A stretch of DNA of 62,937 nt, filler included, from Octopus bimaculoides (Eukaryota), in NCBI RefSeq assembly GCF_001194135.2. It is 5 parts of 5 records of this genome, joined end to end, with 100 filler letters (N's around TTAATTAATTAA, not from the genome) between each part and the next. Parts side by side here need not be neighbours in the genome. Positions count along the whole stretch, not along the records: positions 11,153 to 23,781 come from NC_068987.1; positions 23,882 to 39,184 come from NC_069005.1; 3 more parts are not named here. The stretch is one strand, 5' to 3'. Below the pieces are notes generated by a model. That model ran no database searches. It saw only the letters and a list, made by a program, of their open reading frames with translations, and was not told where the DNA came from. Of this stretch, positions 14,250 to 25,395 are shown one piece after another. Made by a program: the position numbers and the translations under genes. How positions within the stretch are numbered: position 1 is the first letter of the stretch; each line of letters begins with the position of its first letter.

Positions 14250-14284
14250 CTTTGACGTTTCGAGCTACGCTCTTCAACTGAAAG
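14250..14284 (-). ncRNA. Degenerate minimal hammerhead relic
   Basis: CUUU-CAGUUGA-A-GAGC GUA GCUC-GAAACGUC^AAAG; stems I, II and III intact, core has two substitutions versus CUGAUGA. Confidence 0.45.
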
Positions 14285-15039
14285 GAACACAGAAAGAAAT
14301 AAGGAGAGAAACAAGGAGAAAAAATATATAAATGTAGTGGTGAGCGATCTATCATGGTGAATGCCAGACAGAAGGTTCACACAGGAGAGTTAAGAAAAAG
14401 GGCAGATAACAAAGGGGAAAGAAGTGGTGAACCCAAAGACGAGAAGCTGTGTGTGTGTGTGTGTGTGTGTGTGTGAGAGAATGCTAGTGATGTATGTGTG
14501 TACGTAGGTGTAAAGTTGTGAAAATGTAGGGATGGGAATTGGTCAGTGCTAGTGTGTGCATGGTGGTGTGTTGTGAAGTGATGAGTTGTGTGATATGGTG
14601 TAGCGTGGTGTGATGTGAGGGTGTTGGGAGGTGGGGGAAGCAAAGGCGGGGGTGGCAAGAGTGGGGAAAGCATGGGTGGAGTGTAGGTTAGGCTGAGGTT
14701 GGGGGTAGAGGTAGGGGTATGTGGGTAGGCAGAGGTTGGAGTGGGTGTAAGGGATGGGAAGGTAGTGTAGGAGTGTGTTGGGGTGGGATGAGCTTGAGGG
14801 AGGGTTGACGATGAAGGGGGAAGGGGAGGGTGGATATAAGAGGGGAAGGTGGGTATGGGAGGAGGGAGAAAGAGGAAGAGAGAGAAAGAGAGGAAGAGAG
14901 AGAAAGAGAGTGAGAGAGAATGAGTAGGGGTGAAGAGAAGTAGGAGTGAAGAGAAGTAGAGAAGTAGGAGTCGGAGCAGGAGAGAAGAGGTGGGATCGAT
15001 GTATATAAGTATATATATATATATATATCAATCAATTTA

Positions 15040-15770
15040 AATAAGAGCTATAATGCGATCTATCATAAAAACTTGTTTAATGACCAATGTACATTTCGAT
15101 GCAATATCCCGACTCACTCTTGGTCTGTGATAAAAAATGGAATATTGTATCTCTTCAGGGTCGGATTTGATTAATTCATAGCAGACAGCATTAATTGTTG
15201 TCCTTAAATTACATGTGTATAAACAGGTTGAAATGACATGAAACATATTGACACTGCATACAATATCGGTTAAGAAAACCGTTATATAGTAAAGTAAGTA
15301 GTGTTGTTAAATTAGGATGTTAAGTAGTGACATAATAATAACAACAAAATAGTAATATCAGAACTAAATCCTAATAGAATGAAATTCCTAAGTGTAAATG
15401 CTAAAACTAAAAATACTGTATACGGTATACTGTATTAACCAAAAATGAAATTAGGATTTATATTGGATCATCTTCGCTCGAAATCTCAAAAAGAATATCG
15501 AATCATTATTCAACATTTAGAGATAGAAAGAAACAAAATAGCACGGCACTTAGTAGATTAATTTAGCAACTTAAAGACCAAAATAAGGAGTATTCTTTAG
15601 ACTGGTCAATTATAGGAAAACGGTTTCCTTACGACAAGGGCAAATATTTTTTGTTCCCTCTGTAATTTAGAATTGTATTTCATACTTTTCTCTAAGAGTG
15701 ACCTAGCTAACAAAATCACATATAGAGCTTTCAGATGTAAACATTTGAGTAAACATACGTTTTTATTTTT
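15040..15770 (+). mobile_element. Penelope-like element relic with GIY-YIG endonuclease pseudogene
   Basis: From 15444 reads NEIRIYIGSSSLEISKRISNHYSTFRDRKKQNSTALSRLI*QLKDQNKEYSLDWSIIGK, then after a frameshift CSLCNLE..FRCKH. This is the typical Penelope endonuclease C-terminus. The 5' boundary is approximate. Confidence 0.8.
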
Positions 15771-17813
15771 TATAAATCTATTTTGGAGAGGTTAGTTAAC
15801 TACATACTAGGATATTATTTTATTTGAACTTGATTTAGCTTTAACTACATACCGGGATATTATATTAAATTAGTTTAGCTTTAATTTCATATAACCTTTT
15901 TCTATATTTACAATGCTAAGTTTGGTTCTTACTTACTTGATGTATCTTTTATAATTCTATGTAATTTTTGTATAGATGACATCGAAATTATGGTTGACTG
16001 CTTGCTTTATCGTTTTAATCCCTTCATTTATTTAATCTTACTACTAAGTTAATGTAATGTATAGTTAAGGTTTCGATGGTTGCTATTTGCATGTAACCTA
16101 ATTTATTTTTACTTTGTAATTCATAATTTATAATTTCTTAATTATCTTGATTACATATCCTTTAGTAGTCTCAAAAATATTTTAATTTAAAAATCAATAT
16201 AATGATTTGATAGGATTAATCACATTGACTAATTTATTTAGATTTTAAAAAAATATATATTATTTTGCTAGATGTACCTCTCTTTGACCATGAAAATTTT
16301 TTTATGTTAAATTTATTTGTTATGGTCTATTACAGATACATTTTTTTAAGTGAGTTGGCTTTTTGTTCTCAAGTATCCAATGAATTATTTGATATAAAAG
16401 CGTCATATTCATCTACTTACTTTACATCATAATAGTTACTTAATTTTACATTTATATTTATATGTGAGATAGTAACGATTATAACCTAATATTTGTTTAC
16501 TTTTTACATTATCGATTAAATCCGTTCCTTCTTTTAATATTGTATTTGAACCCCATTACTAAGTTAATTTATTATAATTTTTCTTAAACTTTGATAGCTG
16601 CAATCTGAATGTAACCTAATTTATTTTACTTATTATTATTTATAATTTATATTCTCTAATTTATCTGGTTTACATAACCTTAAAATAAGTCTCATTACTG
16701 TTCTAAACTTAAAATGAAATATAATTATTTGATATGATTATGTACATTTGAGTCGATTATATATTTCAGAAATATTATTTACTAGATTTACCTATCTTTG
16801 ACCATTAATTTACGGATTTTTTTATTATAATACATAACAGTCGTGTATTGTCCTTGCCTTCGAAATGCAGAGTAGATGGACAGGGACAACTGATTAAGAG
16901 AATATTCTTTATGTTGCATGTCTCGTCTCTGTTTTTTTCGTTGTTCAAAAAAAAAGTTTTCGTTTCTCATTGTGTTTAATGTTTTTTTTGTGATGTCCTG
17001 TACCCATATATGCATATATTGATATTATTATATATATATACATATATATACACACACACACACACATATATATATCTTAAAGCAATAAATTTAAAATCTG
17101 GTCATATTGACCAATGGTTTAACATCCATGAAAGTTGCAGCTTTGTGGACAGCTCATCAGACTTTATACCAAGACAAATTTAGCTCTTCACCTCTTGGAG
17201 GCAGAAAATTTTACTTACATATATCTGTCCTCACCTTATGATGGAGTTGTAGAGGTGCATTTGTGTCATATAATATGTCTTTGGCAATTTCATTATCTTA
17301 TTGAACCTGGCAGAGTCCATTCCTCTGGAGGTCTCACCATAGCTGTTCTTTTTCTTTTTTATTTATTTTTTCCAAGTCCAAAGAATAATAGAAGAAATGA
17401 CTCTGAAGGGATAAAAAAGTGGTTTGTGTTGCCTCGCTGTCAAGGAAAAGAGAGAATCATCAGCAGCACCAGCTGCATACAGTAAACACACATGCACTAG
17501 GTATACCCACCCACACATGCACTCTGGTAACTGGTGTACCTAATAATTCTCTCTTCATCCCTTAGGCAGCGAGGTGCTACTAGCATCCTGTCCAACCACC
17601 ATGGTGCTTGAAATAGGAACTTTTATCTCTATCTGGTGCCGCCACTTTATGAATACTAATATCAACACCATGTGATCTGCCTTAATCCATAGCAGCCCAA
17701 TCTTCAGTAACCATCTTGAACTTTCTCCTTTCAGTTACTTATGCCTGAAGAGCTAGGCTCATTTACAAGATCATGAAGTTTCAAGTTGCACTGAAATAAA
17801 TCAGACTGTTTTT

Positions 17814-20096
17814 AGAAGTTTCAGGTGTGGAAGCAAGGACTAGAATTGAAGGGCCCACGGAGAGGTCATAGCCCAACAAATTAGGGAGAGAGTTAGTTTA
17901 GATGAGATGCAGTTTGGGTTCGTTCCAGAAAAAAGCTTTACTGATACTATATTTCTGGTAAGACAACTGCAGGAGAAATACCTAGCCATAGATAAACCTC
18001 TGTACCTGGCTTTCGTTGACATGGAGAAAGCCTATGACAGGGTTTCCCGATCCCTTATCTGGTGGTCAATGAGGAAACTAGGGATAGATGAGTAGTTAGT
18101 GAGAGCTGTGCAAGCCATGTACAGGGACGTTGTCAGTAAGGTGAGGGTTGGCAACGAGTACAGTGAAGAATTCTGGGTAGAGGTAGGAGTCCACCAAGGT
18201 TCAGTCCTCAGCCCCCTCCTATTTATCATAGTCCTCCAGGCAATAACAGAGGAATTCAAGATGGGATGCCCCTGGGAGCTCCTCTATGCTGATAACCTTG
18301 CACTAATTGCTGAGTCACTATCAGAACTAGAGGAGAAGTTTCAGGTGTGGAAAAAAGGACTAGAATCGAAGGGCCTTAGAGCCAACCTAGCTAAAACCAA
18401 AGTACTAATAAGTAGGAAGGTAGACAAAACACAAACCCCTGCTCGATCTGTAGAAAAGGCATAGGTAGAAACTCCATAAGATGTACCTAGTATAAGCTAT
18501 GGACACATAAGAGGTGCAGCAATATCAAAGGAAGGCTAACTAGCAAGATAGTTTTTGTATGTGGCAGATGCTCAGGAGCAATAAACACTGAAAATGTGCA
18601 AAAAACAACCTTTGCCACACTCCAGGGAGAAAAACTAGAAGTAGTTGATAGCTTCCGCTGCCTAGGTGACCAAGTTTGTAGTGGAGGAGGGTGCACTGAG
18701 ATGGAAGCTGCTAGAATAAGAATAGCCTGGGCAAAGTTTAGAGAGCTCTTACCTCTGCTGGTGACAAAAGGCCTCTCACTCAGAGTAAAAGGCAGACTGT
18801 ATGATGCATGTGTACGAACAGCCATGCTACATGGCAATGAAACATGGGCCGTGACTGCTGAGGACATGCATAAGCTTGCAAGAAACAAAGCCAGTATGCT
18901 CCGATGGATGTGTAATGTAAGTGTGCATACTTGACAGAGTGTAAGTACCTTGAGAGAAAAATTAGACATAATAAGAAGCATCAGTTGTGGTGTGCAAGAG
19001 AGACAATTGCGCTGGTATGGACATGTGGCAAGAATGGATGAGGATAGCTGTGTGAAAAAGTGCCACAGCCTAGCAGTTGAGGGAACCTGTGGAAGAGGTA
19101 GACCCAGGAAGACCTGGGATGAGGTGGTGAAGCACGGCCTCCGAACTTTAGGCCTCACTGAAGCAATGACCAGTGACCGGAACCTTTGGAAATATGCAGT
19201 ATGTGAGAAGACTCGGCAAATCAAGTGAGAGCATAATCTGTGATCTCTGCCAGAAGTGTAGCCAGCTCACTATCTTTACTTCATTGGACACTAAAAACCC
19301 TGCTTGCGAAGACCTGTTGAGGCAGTGAATTTGGAATTTGAAATTTGAATCTGAAATCGAAATCGAACCGAATCCAACAACTGGCACCCATGCCAACCTC
19401 TCCTTCATTGGACACTAAACTCTGTTTCCGAAGACCTGTTGGGGCAAGTGAAATCAAAATTGAACCATACTCGATGACTGGTCACCGCGCCAGTGGAGCA
19501 CTAACAGCACTNNNNNNNNNNNNNNNNNNNNNNNNNNNNNNNNNNNNNNNNNNNNNNNNNNNNNNNNNNNNNNNNNNNNNNNNNNNNNNNNNNNNNNNNN
19601 NNNNNNNNNNNNNNNNNNNNNNNNNNNNNNNNNNNNNNNNNNNNNNNNNNNNNNNNNNNNNNNNNNNNNNNNNNNNNNNNNNNNNNNNNNNNNNNNNNNN
19701 NNNNNNNNNNNNNNNNNNNNNNNNNNNNNNNNNNNNNACCATTAGAGCGTAATCGTTACCAGTGTTGCCTTCTAGCACTTGTGCTGGTGGCACGTTTGAA
19801 AACCATTCGAGCGAGGTCGTTGCCAGTGCCACTGGACTGGCTCCTGTGCAGGTAGCACGTAAAAAACACCTTTTGAGCGTGGCCGATGCCAGTACTTTGT
19901 GATTGGCCCTCGTGCCGGTGGCACGTAAAAGCACTCACTACACTCTCGGAGTGGTTGGCATTAGGAAGGGCATCCAGCTGTAGAAACTCTGCCAGATCAG
20001 ATTGGAGCCTGGTGCAGCCATCTGGTTCACCAGTCCTCAATCAAATCGTCCAACCCATGCTAGCATGGAAAGTGGACGTTAAACGATGATGATGAT
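17814..20096 (+). mobile_element. 5'-truncated RTE-clade LINE (dead RT with PHD-like insert, repeat-rich 3' UTR, (GAT)n tail)
   Basis: QFGF, FVDMEKAYDRV, GVHQGSVLSPLLF, LLYADNL and CGRGRPRKTW motifs with stops and frameshifts; ends GGACGTTAAAC(GAT)n; N gap at 19512-19737. Confidence 0.92.
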
Positions 20097-20409
20097 ATAC
20101 ACATACATTTTAAATATAGGATAAAATCTTTGTAAGAATTTATCAAGTAGTGAGCGTGAAAAACCTACGAGGGAAAAATTTATTAATTATTCCCTATAAA
20201 TATATTTATTTATATTAAAGGCATTACTACACATAAATGCTTCATGCCAGGAGGGACTCTTAAAGTCAAAAATACCATAATAAACAGTAGTTTTGACTTT
20301 AAGAGTCCTTCCTAGTATGAGGCATATATGTATAGTAATGCCCTTAATATAAATATAGATATATACATATAGATGTATGCATAAATATATATATACACAT
20401 AGATATGAA

Positions 20410-20512
20410 AACCTAGCTTCATCCAAATTACTAAAGATGAAATGAGGTTGGATACTTCAACAGGACAACGACCCAAAGCATACAGCTAAGACTACCAAAG
20501 AATAGTTCAGAA
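20410..20512 (+). pseudogene. Tc1 transposase fragment
   Basis: WILQQDNDPKHTAKTTKE*F carries the QQDNDPKHT catalytic motif of Tc1 DD34E transposases. Confidence 0.75.
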
Positions 20513-20840
20513 TCAATCTTTTTGTGACAATATTTCAAATAAAAAACACAGTATTTTAATTAATCTTGAAAATAGTTGAGAAGTTGGTCAAATAACTAAC
20601 TTTTTTAATAATGAGCATAGAGCATATTTGACAGAGTTAGCTTGCTGTGAAGTTAGCAGTTATTGATTAAGTGAAGAAAAGAATGATGGTTAGAGTGTAG
20701 CAGGATTCTAATCTAAGTGACTCCTAATACTATATTAACATGGTATTAATTGAAATACTTCTAAACAAAAAGCAAAAGCAAAGATGTTTTCACAATTTCT
20801 ATAGCATCCTCATAATGGACTGAGTTTGGATTTTTCTTAC

Positions 20841-22246
20841 CGACAATAACAACATCATCATCAACTGAAGCAGAAGTTGTATATGGCTGGGTTAGCTCCA
20901 GAGTACTGGGAAAACTGTCATCAATAACATCCTGTTAAAAGACAAACAAGATACAAAGCCTTTAGGCATAAAAATACTTAGTATACAAAAGTAATACATT
21001 TTACTATGGAATGACAGCTGGAACTACATTGGCAGTACAGTACAAGTATTGAATTAATCATGGTTTCAGAGCCACCCTTGAATAAATAACAACAATACAG
21101 ATAATGGTTTCAAATTTTGTCTGCCCACCAAAAATTAATTTCAAAATGAGTTGTTAGCATACTATATATATCATATATATATAGACTATACAGTCTAAAC
21201 ATCTATGGATGACATACTTTACCCCTAGCAATAGCATCCTGGACTGAACTCTCCACAATAAGAACACGATCTTAAACTGAAAATTTTCTTACATTTCTTT
21301 ATGTTAGATCAATCTCACTTAACCCACCCTGTGACATTCCAACTATCCAACAACCTCCCCATTACTACCTCTGAGTAATGCATCCCCTACCACACCAAAG
21401 GATACTAAAAAAAAAAAAGAGAGAGAGAGAGATAGATAGATAGATAGATAGATAGAGAGAAATGCTAAACAACACTGCACATTTGGAAACAGATATTCAA
21501 ACAGTTTACATGCACCTACCTCGTTTTCGCCACTATCATTATCATCATCGTCATCACCATCATGAATATCAACATCATCATCCTCATCAGGTATGTCCAC
21601 ATCCAGCTCACTAGCTTGCATGGTTTGTCCAGAATCCAAATCCAAAGTTGACTCCTGCAAAAAGGACAGTGAAGTTCCATAGTTATTGTTAGTCAAATAG
21701 AAATAATATAAGCATACCAAAAGTAGGAGGTAAAAACAAAAACATCATTTGTAAAATATTCCTTTGCTCATTTTCCAAATAATTTAAGATTTAAAAACAT
21801 TTTAAGCTAAATGGTTAAGCTTTTGGTTGTAAAGGAAAAAAAATGAAACACATACATGACTAATATCTGTCAAATCTTGAAGGAAAATGACCAAAAGGAT
21901 TCATCACTTCTTTCAAGAAAGTTTTTTTTTTTTTTTCAAACACTGAATCTTAAGAGAGGAAATTAAATGAAAATAAACTTAAAACAAGAGAACTCAGAGA
22001 GCGCAAACCTCTGCCAACGCAACACCAATGTCCTCTCAATGATTAACTGGAGATGATTTTTAAAATGAGAATATCTGAAATAAAATCAACTGCTCTCACA
22101 AATGAGAGTACTACAAATGAACCTGATCGCTCTCAAATGGTAAAATAATCCATATACCTTGTCTGGTACCTGATCAATCCCAATGGGAGTCATGGAATGT
22201 GCAAGTGGGTGTGCAGGCCATGTTTGTAATGCTGTTTGTGTATCAT
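20841..22246 (-). CDS. Three internal exons of an unidentified acidic, low-complexity protein
   Basis: Exons 22158(or 22170)-22246 (DTQTALQTWPAHPLAHSMTPIGIDQVPDK), 21520-21654 (ESTLDLDSGQ...DSGENE) and 20841-20931 (DVIDDSFPSTLELTQPYTTSASVDDDVVIV). All have canonical AG/GT ends with pyrimidine tracts, and phases 1-0, 0-0, 0-1 join in frame. Confidence 0.7.
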
Positions 22247-22939
22247 CTGGGTAATGAAAATGTTTGCATGACTTGAGTGCACACATGTTGATAAGTGTTT
22301 GGGAGTCACTACGTAAAAGTTTTGGAAATACTGGTTGAAATGTAACAGGAACTTTGGTAGAGAAACATACTTGAACATAAAAATCCCTAAAACTCAAGAA
22401 CTACACAAGCGATTTAATTCAAATTTTACACATGCCTTATTTAGGGTACATGCAGTGTCATGGGCCAAAAACACTTTCAACTTCTTGCCTAACGCAAGCC
22501 TGGAGCAATCTCTTATCTCTTACACTATTTCAGTATTACGTGTCAAAAGTGAAACAACATCTCTATCGTAATGTGAAGTACTTTCAGTTTAATAGTTTCA
22601 CTAATAATACTGAAAGTATTAAAGTGAAACTTATTTCATATACATATATACGCATACATACATATATTATGCATATATATCACATGTATGTATGTATGTA
22701 TGTATGTATGTATGTATATATATATGTATGTATATGTGTATATATATATATGTATGAATATGTGTATATATATATATATATGTATGAATATGTGTATATA
22801 TATATATATGTATGAATATGTGTATATATCTATATATATATGAATATGTGCATATATATATATATATATATGCATATATACATGTATGTATGTACATATG
22901 CATATATATATATATATATATATATATCTTTAAGTATTA

Positions 22940-23162
22940 TATATAAAGGGCATCAACAGTGTATTAATGCCTCACGCTTCAAGGGACTAAATAAGTCAAA
23001 AACTACCAAAAATAAGCAACATATTTACTGAAAGCGAGGGAATGCAGCGTGAGGCATTAATACACNNNNNNNNNNAAAAACTACCAAAAATAAGCAACAT
23101 ATTTACTGAAAGCGAGGGAATGCAGCGTGAGGCATTAATACACAGTTGATGCCCTTTATATA
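22940..23162. mobile_element. Foldback MITE with ~40-bp terminal inverted repeats
   Basis: TATATAAAGGGCATCAAC.GTGTATTAATGCCTCACGCT versus AGCGTGAGGCATTAATACACAGTTGATGCCCTTTATATA; the internal duplication across N10 is an assembly overlap. Confidence 0.8.
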
Positions 23163-23781
23163 TAATTAATTATATTTATGAAGAAATGATGAATGATGAA
23201 TTTTTTCGTTATTTTTTCACGCTGACTACTTGATAAATTCTTATAAAGAATTTATCCTATATTATATTATATATATTTAGGTATATATGTATGCACGTAT
23301 GTATATATGTGTACTTATATACATGTGTGTATACATACATACGTGTATATATATATATGTATATGTGTGTGTCTGTAGTTCCACCATCGGTTGACAACCG
23401 ATGTAGCTGTGTTTACGTCCCAATAACCTAGCCATTTAGCAAAATACACTGATAGAATAAGTACTAGGTTTATAAAGAATAAATCCTGGGGTCTATTTTT
23501 GGGACTAAAATCAGTGCTTCAACATGGTTGCAATCACATGACCGAAACAATTAAAACAATAAAAAAACTATGCCATTTTAACCCCGAGCAGAGCCACATA
23601 TCTCTGCTCGTATATATCTTATCTATAAAAGGCAGATTTTCTGTGTGTGTGTGTGTGTATGTTTAAAATTCATACATTTACACAATTCCAAATTTCTTGG
23701 ATTAAAGAATCGCAATTAATATTCGAAATACAATTTGTTAGGTCACTGCGTCATTTTTTCACTCAAAAAAATTCCTAATAA

Positions 23782-23881
23782 NNNNNNNNNNNNNNNNNNN
23801 NNNNNNNNNNNNNNNNNNNNNNNNNTTAATTAATTAANNNNNNNNNNNNNNNNNNNNNNNNNNNNNNNNNNNNNNNNNNNN
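23782..23881. other. Artificial scaffold spacer
   Basis: N44-TTAATTAATTAA-N44. Confidence 0.95.
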
Positions 23882-24544
23882 GTGTGTGTGTGTGCGTGTG
23901 TGTGCGTGTGTGTGTGTGTCCTCCACCACTACTTGACAACCAGTGTTGGTGTGTTTACATCCCTGTAAGTTAGTGCTTCGGCAAAAGTGACCAGGCTTGA
24001 AAAAGAAGAGGAAATAAAAATTATTAAAAAAAAAAAAGGAAAAAACTGGTGTTGATTCCTTCCGCTCCAAATTCTTCGAAGCAGTGGCCCCAGCATGGCC
24101 ACAGTCAGGTGACTGAAACAAGTAACAGATAAAATATCTTAAGCTGTTTTTTGTTTTGTTTTTTATTTACCAACACTAGTTTTCTTTACACAGTTTTACA
24201 TCAAAAAGTTGCATAAAATAAAAACAGCTCAACTTTTGTATCTTTGTCATTTTTTTTGGGGGGACTCATTTGCATAAAATTAATTAGCAAACAAAAATCA
24301 TGCAAAAGAGAGTAAAAAAAAAAAACTATTAAAAACAAAAAAAATTTAGTTTGCAGTTAAAATGAAACTTTGTGTCTCCAACACAAAAACTGAGTTTACA
24401 AAACAACGATATGCAGACATTTACATTCTCTTACATATATACACTTATATAAACACATACATATACATACATACACATATAGATTGAATATCACAGATTT
24501 ATAAATATTGAAATTTTATAATAGTAATAATAACAATAATAATA

Positions 24545-24992
24545 ATCCTTTCTACTAAAGGCACACAAGGCCTGAAATTCGTTGGGAGGGGACTAGTAGT
24601 TTCATTGGTACTTAATTTATTGACCCCTGAAAGAATGAAAAGCAAAGTCGATCTCGGTGGAATTTGAACTCAGAACGTGAAGACAGACGAAATGCCGCTT
24701 AGCATTTTGCCTGGTATGCTAACGATTCTGCCAGCCCACTGCCTATTAATAAATATAATAATAATAATAATAATAATCCTTTCTACTATAGGCACAAGAC
24801 CTGAAATTTCAGGTGGCGGGGTGCTAGGTGATTGCATCGTCCCCAGTACTCAACTGCTACTTATTTTATTGACCCTAAAAGGGATAAAAGGTAAAGTTGA
24901 CATCGGCAGAATTTGAACTCAAAACGTAGCAATGGCCAACTTACTGTTAAGCATTTTTTCCGGTAAGCCAACAACTCTGCCAGCTCGCTGCC

Positions 24993-25028
<36 letters not shown>

Positions 25029-25395
25029 TTAGCAATGGTTTCAAATTTTACGAGGGCAGCAATTTTAGGGGAGGGAAGGAGTCGATTACATCGACCCCAG
25101 TTTTCAACTGGTACTTATTTTATCGACCCCCCCCCCACCTCAGTGGAATTTGAACTCAGAACGTAGCGACAGCCAAAATACTGCTAAGCATTTTCACCTG
25201 GCATGCTAATGATTCGGCTAGCTCGCCACCTTAATTAGTAATAATAATTCTTTCTACTCTGGGTGCAAGGCCTGAAATTTTTTGGTGAAGAGTAAACTTG
25301 ACCTCAGCAGAATTTGAACTCAGAACATAAAGATGGACAACCGGCCACTAAGCATTCTGTCTGGCATGCTAATGATTCTGCTATCTCACAGCCTT
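24545..25395 (-). mobile_element. Head-to-tail array of four family B SINEs (Nin/Deu-domain-like)
   Basis: Repeated GAGCTGGCAGA..TTCTGAGTTCAAATT..GTCGACTTTGCCTTTCATCC..AAGTACCAG units separated by (AAT)n. Confidence 0.85.

Noticed and set aside
14549-15031. Pro/Ser-rich minus ORFs over a G-rich purine tract
   Set aside because: Low-complexity GGA/GGT/GA sequence with no splice support; G-quadruplex potential only
17746-17770. CTGAAGAGCTAGGCTC as a hammerhead
   Set aside because: No GAAA box follows the hairpin
17200-17810. Next exon of the acidic gene
   Set aside because: Candidate acceptors lead to stops in the required phase; left unassigned
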